From Candidatus Campbellbacteria bacterium (lineage in GTDB: Bacteria > Patescibacteriota > Minisyncoccia > Phycocordibacterales > EsbW-18): a stretch of 64,000 bases of DNA. The translations under genes and the position numbers were made by a program. Shown one piece after another: positions 45,406-55,477 of this stretch. How positions within the stretch are numbered: position 1 is the stretch's first letter; every line of letters starts with the position of its first letter. The notes under the pieces are model-generated. The model searched no databases. It worked only from the letters and a program-made list of their open reading frames with translations, and had not been told where the DNA came from. Location of the stretch: assembly GCA_024653945.1 (NCBI GenBank), contig JANLIT010000001.1, positions 20,641-84,640 of the forward strand. The letters run 5' to 3'.

Positions 45406-46191
45406 TTATTCAAGATTTTTTTGAGGATGTACAACAACCGTACGTACTTCAAATATGTTTTGTGGCATCACTACCTGGGCGATGACAAAGGCCTCAGCAT
45501 CACTTTCTTTCAATTGTTTAACAATACCCAAAAGCTCTCCGCTCCCAAGAAACACATTATCATTTCTGGCAACAACACTCTCTTTAGGAATGGAAATTTC
45601 AAAAACACCCCCTCCTTGACCACGGGCGAGCAGCAAAAAATCATTCGTCCCTACGCGCACCTCTTGCTCGTATCCAGGAGATGAAAAGAGTCGTACGCGC
45701 GAAGCATTTTTTGAAACACTATCAATAACTCCGAGAGCAACCGTTGAGTCAAAAGAAACCCTATCTCCAACAGAAACACCTTGTGCTGTGCCTATAGTAA
45801 TAATGAGTGTGTCGTAGGGAGAAAAAGGAGGTGTAGCAAGAATAAATCCTGGAATAGTATTTATGCTTGACGTAGCAGTATCGGAAATTCCTGAATATTT
45901 TTTTCGTAATGAGTCATATAAATCGGCTTTTATTTTTGCACGAGCAAGTTCTTCTTTGAGTGTTTTATTTTCGTCCACAAGAGATTGACGTGATTCAAAT
46001 CCACCTAAAAATGATTCTGCATTTGCAGCAACGTTTTCACGAGCACTGTGAAAGGGAGATGTTATAAAAAGTAACGTCCTTGTTATGAACGACGGCTGTA
46101 TGCTCACAATACCAACGAGTACCACACATACACAAATAGAAACAAGAAGTGCGATATTTTTTCTTTGTTTATATGGTCGGGGGAAGTGCAT
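45406..46191 (-). CDS. mreC: rod shape-determining protein MreC
   Basis: Internal Met start. TM helix plus coiled coil plus beta-rich domain. Canonical position. Confidence 0.75.
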   Translation of the reverse strand: MHFPRPYKQRKNIALLVSICVCVVLVGIVSIQPSFITRTLLFITSPFHSARENVAANAESFLGGFESRQSLVDENKTLKEELARAKIKADLYDSLRKKYSGISDTATSSINTIPGFILATPPFSPYDTLIITIGTAQGVSVGDRVSFDSTVALGVIDSVSKNASRVRLFSSPGYEQEVRVGTNDFLLLARGQGGGVFEISIPKESVVARNDNVFLGSGELLGIVKQLKESDAEAFVIAQVVMPQNIFEVRTVVVHPQKNLE

Positions 46192-47233
46192 GTTCTTCGT
46201 CAATAATAATTTCTTTAAATCGAATAAGGTCTTCAAGCACCACTCCTGTACCACGTGCAACTGACGTCAGTGGGTCATCTGCAACATACACAGGAATTTT
46301 GAGCCACTCAGCTAAGAAAACATCAAAACCCCGGATAAGCGCACCCCCACCTACAAGGTACATACCACGGCGCATCACATCAGACAAAATTTCTGGCGGT
46401 GTTGTTTCAAGTACTTCTTTGATTGCCTCAACAAGCATATCAATTGATGGAGCAATTGCCTCGCGCACATCAGAATCAGTCACAATTACCTCTCGGGGCA
46501 AGCCAGTCACCAAATCACGCCCACGAACAGTTACCTCAATTGGGGTTGGGCCGGGAATGATTGAGCCGGCCTGAATCTTCAAGTCCTCTGCCGTACGTTC
46601 ACCAATAAGAATCTTAAATTCATCACGAATATAGGAAGAAATGTCACTATTGAGCCTATCACCCCCTATTTTGGTGTTTTTACCGTTAACCACGCCGTTA
46701 AGCGAAATAATGGTGATATCTGTGGTTCCTCCTCCAATATCCACAATCATGCTTCCACTTGCATCCTCAACGGGAAGTCGGATGCCAATTGCTGCCGCCA
46801 TGGGTTGCTCAACAATATGTACTTCGCGCGCGCCTGCATTGAGTGAAGCATCTCGTACCGCACGACGTTCAACGTTCGTTGTACCATACGGAACACCAAC
46901 CACAATACGTGGTCCAAATAATTTTCTTTTTCCTTGTTGTGCACGACGAATCAAGTGCGCAAGAAATTCTTCGGTTACTTCAAAATCAGAAATAACACCG
47001 TCAACAAGTGGGCGTACTGCGTTGATGTGTCCAGGTGTTCGTCCAAGCATACGCTTGGCTTCAGTTCCAACAGCAACCACTTGTCCTGTTTTTTGGTTGA
47101 CCGCAACAACGGTCGGCTCATTAATGACAATTCCCCTACCGCGAACATACACGAGCGTGTTCGCTGTTCCAAGATCAATACCGATATCATCGGACATAAA
47201 ACTGCCGAATCGTTTCTTTAGTTTTTCCCACAT
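46169..47233 (-). CDS. mreB: rod shape-determining protein MreB
   Basis: Actin-like ATPase motifs DIGIDLGTANT and VDIGGGTTD. Confidence 0.9.
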   Translation of the reverse strand: MWEKLKKRFGSFMSDDIGIDLGTANTLVYVRGRGIVINEPTVVAVNQKTGQVVAVGTEAKRMLGRTPGHINAVRPLVDGVISDFEVTEEFLAHLIRRAQQGKRKLFGPRIVVGVPYGTTNVERRAVRDASLNAGAREVHIVEQPMAAAIGIRLPVEDASGSMIVDIGGGTTDITIISLNGVVNGKNTKIGGDRLNSDISSYIRDEFKILIGERTAEDLKIQAGSIIPGPTPIEVTVRGRDLVTGLPREVIVTDSDVREAIAPSIDMLVEAIKEVLETTPPEILSDVMRRGMYLVGGGALIRGFDVFLAEWLKIPVYVADDPLTSVARGTGVVLEDLIRFKEIIIDEEHALPPTI

Positions 47234-47308
47234 ACAAATATATACACGTAGTATATACGCGTTGTCTCAGTGCTCAAAATGGACACTCTTAGTATTTCAA
47301 ATACGCGT

Positions 47309-48565
47309 CTATGATGACAAGAGGCCAACCACTTCTGAAGAGGTCACCACACGCGCGTCTGCCTCTGTACGACCCTTCATCTCAACGGTGTTGTTACGCA
47401 TATGTTTATCAGAAATGACAAGACGCATAGGAATACCAATAAGGTCGGCATCCGCAAATTTTGCTCCAGCGGTCATACCACGGTCGTCGTAGAGCACCTC
47501 ATATCCAGCTTTCTCAATATCGGTGGTTATTTTTTCCGTATACGCGTGTACATCGGCTCCCTCTTTGCTTTCAAGCACAAGCACATGCACATCAAACGGC
47601 GCAACACTCTTTGGCCACACCAACCCTTTGTCGTCTCCATATACCTCAGCAATAACTCCCATAGTGCGGGTCGGGCCAATACCGTAACTTCCCATAACAA
47701 CACTTTGTTGCGTACCTGTTGCATCAAGAAAGTTAAGACCAAACGCATCAGAAAAACGCGTACCGAGAGAGAAAATATTTCCCACTTCAACGGCCATTTT
47801 TTCAACGAGATCGTCGCGCGACACACCAAGATCTTTCAATACTTCATCATTCAATACTTCTTTATTGATAGCAATATGTTTTTTCTCGTCAACATAGATG
47901 GTGTCTTCTCCCGTATCACACAATGTTTGAAACTCATGAGAGTATTTTGAGAACGTACCACCTGATGCAAAGGTCATGAATGTTCTGTCGCCAAGACCTA
48001 CGCGTTTAAACACGTTGGTATATGCTTGCTTTGCTTGTTCATAAAACGCATCTTGTTCTTCTGGCGTTTTACAAAATGAGTACAAATCTTTCATCAAAAA
48101 CTCTCGTCCTCGAAGGACCCCACTTTTTGCACGCACTTCATTTCTAAACTTTGTTTGAATTTGGTACACATATTTCGGCAAATCCTTATACGAAGAAATG
48201 TGGTTCTTCATAAGATTTGTGAGCGGTTCTTCGTGCGTAAAACCGAGACCAAGTTCCCCACCATTTCCTAAATGTGTCTTAAACCAAATATCTTTTGCGT
48301 CCCCTTCCCAGCGGTCTGTTTTCTTCCATGTTTCAGGATCTTGCAATGCAGACATAAACACCTCCTGTCCTCCAATTGCGTTCATTTCTTCTCGAATAAT
48401 CGTATTGATTTTATCTACCACGCGGAGTCCTAGTGGCAATAATGAGTACACACCCGCCATTTCTTTATGGACAAAACCTCCACGAATAAGGAGTTGCGCA
48501 TTTTTTGATACCTCATCACTTGGTACCTCTTTGCGAGTTTTTGTAAAAAGCTGTGACTGTTTCAT
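47309..48565 (-). CDS. proS: prolyl-tRNA synthetase (short form with no insertion editing domain)
   Basis: Class II motifs and an anticodon-binding C-terminus. 418 aa. Confidence 0.85.
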   Translation of the reverse strand: MKQSQLFTKTRKEVPSDEVSKNAQLLIRGGFVHKEMAGVYSLLPLGLRVVDKINTIIREEMNAIGGQEVFMSALQDPETWKKTDRWEGDAKDIWFKTHLGNGGELGLGFTHEEPLTNLMKNHISSYKDLPKYVYQIQTKFRNEVRAKSGVLRGREFLMKDLYSFCKTPEEQDAFYEQAKQAYTNVFKRVGLGDRTFMTFASGGTFSKYSHEFQTLCDTGEDTIYVDEKKHIAINKEVLNDEVLKDLGVSRDDLVEKMAVEVGNIFSLGTRFSDAFGLNFLDATGTQQSVVMGSYGIGPTRTMGVIAEVYGDDKGLVWPKSVAPFDVHVLVLESKEGADVHAYTEKITTDIEKAGYEVLYDDRGMTAGAKFADADLIGIPMRLVISDKHMRNNTVEMKGRTEADARVVTSSEVVGLLSS

Positions 48566-48657
48566 CCCGATAGTAAATTATTCTGGCAAATGAGCCCCGT
48601 AGTTTTGAAAATATCACTATCGGGATTCATACGAAGTATTGTACGGTGCACGCGGTC

Positions 48658-49764
48658 TTAAAACAACTTCACGACGTCATGTATCGTCACAACAACCATT
48701 AGTAGAATCAGCAGACCAAAACCAACAATGTTGAATGTGTTTGCAACTACTGGTTTAATTGGTGAACGTTTAATTGCCTCAATAATCACAAACAAAATAC
48801 GTCCGCCATCCAGTGCTGGAAACGGAACCATATTAATAACTGCCAAATTAAGTGACAGCATTGCTGCAAACGAAAGAAGTGTCACCAAACCCATGCGCGC
48901 AGCATCTCCCGCAAGCCCAACGATACCAACTGGCCCAACCACTTGTGAAAAATCAGCCGCTCCGGTTACTGCTTGATATAAAAACTGCCACAACCCCACA
49001 GCAATATTTTGTGTTGCATAGTATGTCGTTTTTGCTCCTTCAATAACCGCAAGCCAAAGTGGTAATCTCACCACGGCAATGTAATCAAGCGCAACACCAA
49101 TCACTCCGCGTGTTTCTTGTCCAATGACACGAACCTCTGGAACAACGGTCGTACTTTTGAGTTCTTTTTCTCTTGTGTAAGCAATCGTCAATGTCTCTTC
49201 GCCGTGTCGTGCAATAAAATCCTGAACCGAAACAATAGAAAGTTGTCCTTCGAGCGTTTCTGTTGTACCAGCAATAGACACCAATTCATCACCTGGTAAA
49301 AATCCCGCATCACGCGCTGGGCTCGTTTCGTCAATGTGTATCAAAACTACAGATGGTACCCCCACAATCCCCTGCGTCTCCGGTGTCACCGACATAGGAA
49401 AACCGAGTGTTATACCTATTGAAATAAGACCCCATGCAAGAAGCACATTGAAAAGTACACCAGCAATGAGCACCCACACTTTTGCATACCACGGCTTTGC
49501 ATCAAGGGTTTTTTCTTTTTCTTCTTGTGTGAGCCCTGTTATGTCCTCATCTTCTTTAAAAATTTTTACAAAACCACCAAATGGAATCCAATTGATTGAA
49601 TAGAGTGTTTCACTTCCTGTTGGTCGCCAACTATACAAACGAGGCGGAAATCCAATGCCAAATTCATCAACGCGCACACCAACAGATTTTGCTGCAAGAA
49701 AATGCCCCACTTCGTGGGCAAGAATAAGTATTGCTAAAACAACAATAAAAAGGATAACAGTCAT
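48658..49764 (-). CDS. rseP: site-2 protease RseP-like (M50 zinc metalloprotease with a PDZ domain)
   Basis: HEVGHFLAAK near the N-terminus. Polytopic, with a PDZ domain in the middle. Confidence 0.85.
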   Translation of the reverse strand: MTVILFIVVLAILILAHEVGHFLAAKSVGVRVDEFGIGFPPRLYSWRPTGSETLYSINWIPFGGFVKIFKEDEDITGLTQEEKEKTLDAKPWYAKVWVLIAGVLFNVLLAWGLISIGITLGFPMSVTPETQGIVGVPSVVLIHIDETSPARDAGFLPGDELVSIAGTTETLEGQLSIVSVQDFIARHGEETLTIAYTREKELKSTTVVPEVRVIGQETRGVIGVALDYIAVVRLPLWLAVIEGAKTTYYATQNIAVGLWQFLYQAVTGAADFSQVVGPVGIVGLAGDAARMGLVTLLSFAAMLSLNLAVINMVPFPALDGGRILFVIIEAIKRSPIKPVVANTFNIVGFGLLILLMVVVTIHDVVKLF

Positions 49765-49769
49765 GAGTA

Positions 49770-50321
49770 TTATGTTCGTATGCTTTCTTCTTTTTGTCGA
49801 GCTGTTTCTTCAAGTTTCTTGTTTGCCTCCGTGATTATTTTTTCCATTTCCTCCTTCGCACGGAATTTATCGTCCTCGCCTAGTGCCCCACTTTTTTCTT
49901 TCACTTGAATATCATTCCACACTTCGTCGCGCACACTGCGAATAGAAATACGAGCTTCCTCCATTTTCTTTCCAACAAGTTTTACATATTTCTCACGAGT
50001 TTCGGTCGTCAGGTCTGGAAAAGAGACGCGGAGTCCTTTCTCATCGGTCGCAACTGACACGCCGAGATTTGCTTCACGAAGTGCTTTGTCTATTGCACCC
50101 AATACTGATGAATCCCACGGAGTAATACGTATTGTTCGTGCATCTTCAATAGACATGTTTGCCACCTGTGCAATAGGCATAAAACTGCCGTACACATTCG
50201 CACGAACTGTATCAAGAAGCGAGACTGACGCACGCCCCGTGTGAACCGCAGAGAGTTCTTTGGTGAGCCATTCTTGAATTTCAGCGGTTTTCTTTTTTAA
50301 TTCAGCAAAAGCGTATGACAT
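49770..50321 (-). CDS. frr: ribosome recycling factor
   Basis: 183 aa with typical RRF sequence (VRANVYG...RISIRSVRDE). Confidence 0.9.
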   Translation of the reverse strand: MSYAFAELKKKTAEIQEWLTKELSAVHTGRASVSLLDTVRANVYGSFMPIAQVANMSIEDARTIRITPWDSSVLGAIDKALREANLGVSVATDEKGLRVSFPDLTTETREKYVKLVGKKMEEARISIRSVRDEVWNDIQVKEKSGALGEDDKFRAKEEMEKIITEANKKLEETARQKEESIRT

Positions 50322-50348
50322 ATGTACAGCAACAGTATACCTGTTGCA

Positions 50349-50390
50349 AGTTCAAAATCCAAAGTTCAAATTTCAAAGTTCAAATTTCAA
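50349..50390. repeat. three tandem 14-bp units (agttcaaa(t/a)t(c/t)caa) 30-70 bp upstream of frr
   Basis: Read directly. Confidence 0.7.
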
Positions 50391-50448
50391 AAAATAGATA
50401 CAAAAAGCTGATAGTTTGTAGCTAACAGGAAAATGGAGAAAGAAGAAA

Positions 50449-50471
50449 CCCGCCCTTGTTGAAGGGGCGGG
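50449..50471 (-). terminator. GC-rich hairpin terminator of the GC-rich cassette gene
   Basis: cccgccctt gttg aaggggcggg, followed on the minus strand by a T-rich tract. Confidence 0.5.
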
Positions 50472-50512
50472 GTCTCGGTTCACACTACCGAGCAGTGTTT
50501 GTAGAACGAAAG

Positions 50513-51139
50513 CTAACTTGCGGACGAGGCAGCGGGATCGCTGCCGTGCCAGTTGCTGCCGAGCCAACGGCGGACCGAGACGACCGTGCCTTCGTCCCAA
50601 GACGCGTAGCGGACGCACAGGTCGACGCTCGCCGGGTAGCGGAAAATGTCGTCCCAGAAGAACACGTAGACCGTGTTGCCCTGAGCGTCCTTCTTCCACG
50701 ACTCCGGCCAGAGCTCGGGATGCGCGACCAAGTGGTCGAGCACCTTCGCGCTGACGTTGTTGCCCCGCTTCTCGAGCTCCTTGCGGAGGTCGTAGCCGCC
50801 GATCACTCCCCCGTTCTTCTGCTTACGCGAGAGGAACAAGTTGAGCGGCTTGCCGTCGAGGTAGAGGTCGTCACCGCGACGCTCGAGCTTCACGACGCCT
50901 TCGCCACGGTGAACCTCCAGCACAGCTCCGTCGAACGGGAGCTTGGCTGGGGAACCGAGGTCGATGACGTGGTCGATGGGCTTCACCTCGTGCGTACCGC
51001 GAAGCACGCCGAGGATGCCCGCCATCTTGTCCTCGCTGTGTGCGAGGGTCGCGAAGTCCTTCGGCTCGAAGCCGACCTTCGTCGCAGTGATGGCGAGCTC
51101 ATGAGAAACGCCGACGCTGATTTCGGACGCGGTTGCCAT
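50513..51139 (-). CDS. hypothetical protein, strongly GC-rich (~62%)
   Basis: 208 aa with protein-like composition. The overlapping +ORF 50456-51175 is Arg/Ala/Leu-rich, typical of an antisense artefact of a GC-rich gene. Confidence 0.45.
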   Translation of the reverse strand: MATASEISVGVSHELAITATKVGFEPKDFATLAHSEDKMAGILGVLRGTHEVKPIDHVIDLGSPAKLPFDGAVLEVHRGEGVVKLERRGDDLYLDGKPLNLFLSRKQKNGGVIGGYDLRKELEKRGNNVSAKVLDHLVAHPELWPESWKKDAQGNTVYVFFWDDIFRYPASVDLCVRYASWDEGTVVSVRRWLGSNWHGSDPAASSAS

Positions 51140-51367
51140 GTGGCACATCCTTTCGTTGGTGACACATCCCGTTAGAGACGCATCAGGTTTGTGCTATCTG
51201 ACCACCACGCGCTGGTAGTCATAGCTATAAAAATCCGATCGTTCGGGTGCTTATAGCTATGACTACTCGCAAGTTAACTGTGAAAGAACTTACATATGCA
51301 GTATAACATCATTATTACTGTTTTGTCAACTCCCCTCAAAGCATTGCCTCGATACTTTCTCTATAAG

Positions 51368-51673
51368 CTAGTTCAACGCTCCTTCCCTCTTTAATAGTGC
51401 ACGCTTTTTTGAAATACCACCAAATGCATATCCACCCACCGAACCATCACTTCGAATAACCCGATGGCATGGTACGCGCGGGTTTTTGTTTTTATTAAGA
51501 ATGTTACCAACGGCACGATATGCACGAGGACTTCCTGCTAAATGTGCCACTTCTTTGTATGTGTGTGTTTGTCCTTTTGGAATACGCGCAACAACACCAT
51601 ACACTTTTTGTGCAAATGAAGACACAAGAGTACTACTGTGTTTAGAAAAGTGTTTCTTTTTCTTTTGGAGCAT
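51368..51673 (-). CDS. ogt: methylated-DNA--protein-cysteine methyltransferase (catalytic domain only)
   Basis: VPCHRVIRSDGSVGGYAFG active-site motif and a helix-turn-helix. Confidence 0.75.
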   Translation of the reverse strand: MLQKKKKHFSKHSSTLVSSFAQKVYGVVARIPKGQTHTYKEVAHLAGSPRAYRAVGNILNKNKNPRVPCHRVIRSDGSVGGYAFGGISKKRALLKREGALN

Positions 51674-52448
51674 CTTCTTTTTTTCGTTGTGCCACAACAA
51701 CATTTCGAATTGCCGTCCCTGCCCCATCACGATATGGACAGTATTCGCAACGCTCTCCTATTTCAGGCACCGTGTCACTCATAAGTGTTTTTCGTGCTTT
51801 CACAAGAATGCTGTCAATCCACGACGCATCTCCGTCGTATGGAATAACATCAACATCAAATTCAAGTTTTGCATCGAACGCTTCAACATCTTTTTTACCG
51901 TTCACGTACACAAAATATCCGCGCGGGGATACTTTGAATCCGTTGTTTCGCAAAAGCCACTGGTACACTTCCATTTGTCGTTTATATCCCTGTTGCCAAA
52001 TACCATCAAGGTTTGGTTTCTCTGCTTTACTCGTGGCTTTATAATCAACAACGTGAAGTTCGCCGGAAGGCGTCACCCACACGTCATCAACTGCGCCGGT
52101 AACTAAAAAGTTACTTTCTGGGTGCACGTACTGCACGCCTTTAAAGTTTTCTCGCCATATATCTAAATCCTTATGTTCAAATGGCACTGCATCAATACCA
52201 TACGCCGTCATAAGCGGATGTGGCTCACCTTTTGCACGGTGTATATCAAATTCTTTTTTGAGCAAGTGGTCAACGGCAACATTGAGTGTAAACCCCGGCA
52301 TTGAGGGGCGCCCCACACCAAGACGTCGGTCCAAATAAAAACAACGTGGACACTCATGAAAGAGATCTATTTTTGAACGAGAGAGCTTAAACGGTTCGCT
52401 CGATGTTGGGTCAAATAGTTTTGCTTTGTAGCTTTTTGTAAATGCCAT
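51642..52448 (-). CDS. PD-(D/E)xK nuclease, Cas4/RecB-like, with N- and C-terminal CxxC pairs
   Basis: VVDYKATSK (D-x-K), QMEVYQWLL, CPRCF and CEYCPYRD. Its 3' end overlaps the ogt start. Confidence 0.55.
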   Translation of the reverse strand: MAFTKSYKAKLFDPTSSEPFKLSRSKIDLFHECPRCFYLDRRLGVGRPSMPGFTLNVAVDHLLKKEFDIHRAKGEPHPLMTAYGIDAVPFEHKDLDIWRENFKGVQYVHPESNFLVTGAVDDVWVTPSGELHVVDYKATSKAEKPNLDGIWQQGYKRQMEVYQWLLRNNGFKVSPRGYFVYVNGKKDVEAFDAKLEFDVDVIPYDGDASWIDSILVKARKTLMSDTVPEIGERCEYCPYRDGAGTAIRNVVVAQRKKEDAPKEKETLF

Positions 52449-52537
52449 GATGAAATTGTACCACAGACGAAAAGAAGACCTGTCCCAGTCACGGGTCAGG
52501 TCTTCGGTATACCGCGCGAACGCGGTTGGTTGTACCG

Positions 52538-52783
52538 TCACCAACGTGGCGTATGACCGAATCGGTTCCTCAACTCTGCAAGTTGGCCAGCGGCTTGCAT
52601 ACGCCGATACCCCTCGCTCTTCACCTTCTTTTTCTGAGCCGGCGGTGGCGGGGTTGTCGACACCTCTTCAGAGAGCCGACAGCACTCAAAGCACGTCCGC
52701 CCCTCCCTCTCTTCGCGGTCCTTATCCCACCCACAGGAGGGACAGAAACCCTTCTCAACAAATTCTTCTTTTCGGGTATACAT
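52538..52783 (-). CDS. small zinc-ribbon protein
   Basis: CPSCG ... CFECC. GGAGG SD eight nt upstream of the ATG. Confidence 0.4.
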   Translation of the reverse strand: MYTRKEEFVEKGFCPSCGWDKDREEREGRTCFECCRLSEEVSTTPPPPAQKKKVKSEGYRRMQAAGQLAELRNRFGHTPRW

Positions 52784-52890
52784 TGGAGAACCTCCGGTTC
52801 CGAAAAAGTTAGATGAAATGAACCACTATTCCGAGATAGATAATACCACAGTTTTTATAGAAAAGTCAAGTAGTTATCCCCATCTTCCCA

Positions 52891-53352
52891 TTACACGTTA
52901 TTTTGTGGCCCCATATGAGAAACCCCTCGTTCAATAAACCAAAAGACGGTAAACGTAAGGAGTGTGAGAAATGTTGTATAGAAAGCAATTTCGTAGAGCT
53001 TAAAACCAATAGCAACGCCAATACCAGATGCAACCCATAAACCTGCGGCAGTCGTTAGACCGACAAGCGTTTGGTCACGAAGAATAATAACGCCCGCTCC
53101 CAAGAAACCAATACCCGTGATAATGCCAGCAACAACACGCATAACATCAGCACCTGATACACCGAGAGAATCTTTAAGTCCGAGTGAAACAACTATAAAT
53201 AGACATGAGCCCATCGCAACCAGTCCGTATGTTCGCAGACCTGCCGTTTTTCCTGCAAGTGTTCGTTCTGCACCAATGAGCATGCCAAGTACGAGTGCGG
53301 TTAGTAACTGAACAAAAAAAGTTCCTCCGAGTGTTGTGATATCCATATACAT
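52891..53352 (-). CDS. mgtC: MgtC/SapB-family membrane protein
   Basis: GAERTLAGKTAGLRTY motif. Four TM helices. Confidence 0.75.
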   Translation of the reverse strand: MYMDITTLGGTFFVQLLTALVLGMLIGAERTLAGKTAGLRTYGLVAMGSCLFIVVSLGLKDSLGVSGADVMRVVAGIITGIGFLGAGVIILRDQTLVGLTTAAGLWVASGIGVAIGFKLYEIAFYTTFLTLLTFTVFWFIERGVSHMGPQNNV

Positions 53353-53367
53353 TTCAAATTATAATTT

Positions 53368-54198
53368 TTAAGGTGTGCACAATTGGTGCGCTTCATATAA
53401 AACCTCATCAACTTTTTTCCCAGTAATACCGGCTGTTTCCAAAATATTTGGATTATCAATAATGTTTTTACACAACACAATGTTTTGTTGATAGAGCATA
53501 TCCCGTTCTTTCTTTGAAAGCGTGGTAAGACATGAGAGCGGATGTAGTTTCGTTTCCTCAATAAGGTCTTGTACATTTCCTTTGCGTGGATATCCCCATC
53601 CAATCATCGTAATACCAACACACTTTCCATGCATAATGGCATTCTCAGTAAACTTTGTATTCGTCACCAGCCACTGCGTGCACGTACCACCTGGAGGGCA
53701 TAACCCGTCGTAGTTCCCCGCCTGCAGGTCAAGTGTTCGGGCATGAATATAGAGCGACACCTTCACATCGGTTTTAAATCCCTGTGCGTTGTGAAATTTT
53801 GCTTCAACCAGAATAAGCTCTTTTTCTTTTTGTGCAATAACATCAATCTCGTGTGATACACACTTTCCTTGCATCATGGCACCAACACGTACGGTGTACC
53901 CTTTTTTCTTAAATACCTCACCAAGAAGTTGCTCGAATGGAAAACCTGACGGACCAAGCTCAAGTACAGCACGTCGGAGAGAGTATCGGGCCGCAATAGG
54001 GTGGTGTTCCTTTTTCTGGAGCAATCTGAGCGCGTGATTATAGATGTGCGACGTAGTAATACCTTCGTGCAACTCTTTTTCAATATGGGTAAGGATTGTT
54101 GTGGCAACATCATCTGATGCCCCTGCATTTTTAAGCGAACGGATAAGTTTTCCTGGAGAAAACTCTTCCCGAGTTCCATCTAGTTTTGAAATAAGCAT
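53368..54198 (-). CDS. ATP-cone domain fused to a Mrr-like (PD-(D/E)xK) restriction-endonuclease domain
   Basis: N-terminus MLISKLDGTREEFSPGKLIRSL is ATP-cone-like. HEIDVIA...LILVEAK is an Mrr-type catalytic core. Confidence 0.55.
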   Translation of the reverse strand: MLISKLDGTREEFSPGKLIRSLKNAGASDDVATTILTHIEKELHEGITTSHIYNHALRLLQKKEHHPIAARYSLRRAVLELGPSGFPFEQLLGEVFKKKGYTVRVGAMMQGKCVSHEIDVIAQKEKELILVEAKFHNAQGFKTDVKVSLYIHARTLDLQAGNYDGLCPPGGTCTQWLVTNTKFTENAIMHGKCVGITMIGWGYPRKGNVQDLIEETKLHPLSCLTTLSKKERDMLYQQNIVLCKNIIDNPNILETAGITGKKVDEVLYEAHQLCTP

Positions 54199-54225
54199 AT
54201 CTAAAGTATATCGTGAGAAAGGATG

Positions 54226-55314
54226 CTATGCCACAGAGAACACCACACCCCCACCCACGCACACCTCGCCGTCATACACAACGAGTGACTGTCCTAACGC
54301 CACAGAACGCTGTCCTTTAGAAAAATGAACATGAGCTCCCTGTTCAAAAACTTCTATCACGCACTCTTGCAATGCTTGACGGTATCGAAACCGTGCTGAA
54401 TATTTTTTTCCTTGTTTTGGAGTATCTGAAATCCAATTGGTGTGTTCAAGCACAATATCTGTATGATTAAAACCGTCCGCTGTTTGAAGGTGTTGTGAGA
54501 CGGTGAGTGTGTTTGCCAAGACATCTTTTGAAACAACATACAACGGTCCGTCTGTTGGTGTTTTTTTTGTAACGGTAAATCCGTGTCGTTGACCAAGTGT
54601 ATAAAGCCAAGCCCCCTCATGTGTGCCAATAACACTACCCTGTTCGTCAAGAATGTCTCCACTAGAAACATCAATAAACCTTTTTAAAAACTCCTTCATA
54701 TCAACCTGACCAAGAAAACACACACCTTGACTATCTTTTTTATCTGCAACAGAAAGTCCAAACCGATGCGCTTCTGTGCGCACTTCAGGTTTTTCTAGTT
54801 CTCCCACAGGAAAGAGTACTTTTTCAAAAACGTCGCGAGGAACTCGCCACAAGAAATATGACTGATCTTTCTGCACATCCACCCCCGCCAGTAATTCTAT
54901 TTTTTGAACTTTGTGCTTTGTGCTTTGTGCTTTTACTCTTGCATAATGTCCCGTCGCAATGTACTGTGCCCCCTCTTGTTGTGCTTTTGTAAAAAAAGCA
55001 CCGAACTTTATTTTTTCATTACACATGACATCTGGGTTTGGTGTTCGTCCTGATGCATATTCGGAAATCATGTAGTCAACAACTTCTTTTTTGTATTCCT
55101 CTTCCAAATCAAATGTCTTGAATGGAATACCGAGGTGCGCGCACACATCCATAGCGTCAGATCTCTCTTCTTTCCACGTACACTCCAAAAAAGGCGGGTG
55201 CCATGTCTTGATAAAGACACCCGTGACATCATAACCCTGCTCGCGGAGAAGTGCGGCAGAAACCGAGCTATCCACACCCCCACTCATTGCAACGTATACT
55301 TTCTCCATAGACAC
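54226..55314 (-). CDS. mnmA: tRNA-specific 2-thiouridylase
   Basis: VYVAMSGGVDSSV PP-loop and a C...C pair. Confidence 0.9.
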   Translation of the reverse strand: MSMEKVYVAMSGGVDSSVSAALLREQGYDVTGVFIKTWHPPFLECTWKEERSDAMDVCAHLGIPFKTFDLEEEYKKEVVDYMISEYASGRTPNPDVMCNEKIKFGAFFTKAQQEGAQYIATGHYARVKAQSTKHKVQKIELLAGVDVQKDQSYFLWRVPRDVFEKVLFPVGELEKPEVRTEAHRFGLSVADKKDSQGVCFLGQVDMKEFLKRFIDVSSGDILDEQGSVIGTHEGAWLYTLGQRHGFTVTKKTPTDGPLYVVSKDVLANTLTVSQHLQTADGFNHTDIVLEHTNWISDTPKQGKKYSARFRYRQALQECVIEVFEQGAHVHFSKGQRSVALGQSLVVYDGEVCVGGGVVFSVA

Positions 55315-55477
55315 AGCGTACTATACTACAAATAATTGACTTTTCATAAAAAACGTGTATTATCAGCGTGGGAATGTGTGGGTGGCGCGTGTTCACCTCG
55401 CATATCTCAGCCTCAGCAGAGTTGCCCTTCATCTGCCGGGGCTTTTTTTATACACAAAGAAATCGTACACTATATGC

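Noticed and set aside
46641-47492. 283-aa + ORF
   Set aside because: Antisense to mreB. Ser/Thr/Pro/Arg-rich shadow ORF.
50456-51175. 239-aa + ORF overlapping the GC-rich gene
   Set aside because: Arg/Ala/Leu/Val-dominated, as expected for the reverse frame of a high-GC coding region. The minus-strand frame has protein-like composition and a plausible ATG/SD.
54900-54935. ctttgtg x3 micro-tandem repeat
   Set aside because: It lies in-frame inside mnmA (encoding KAQSTKHKVQK) and is probably a neutral coding-sequence repeat rather than a regulatory feature.
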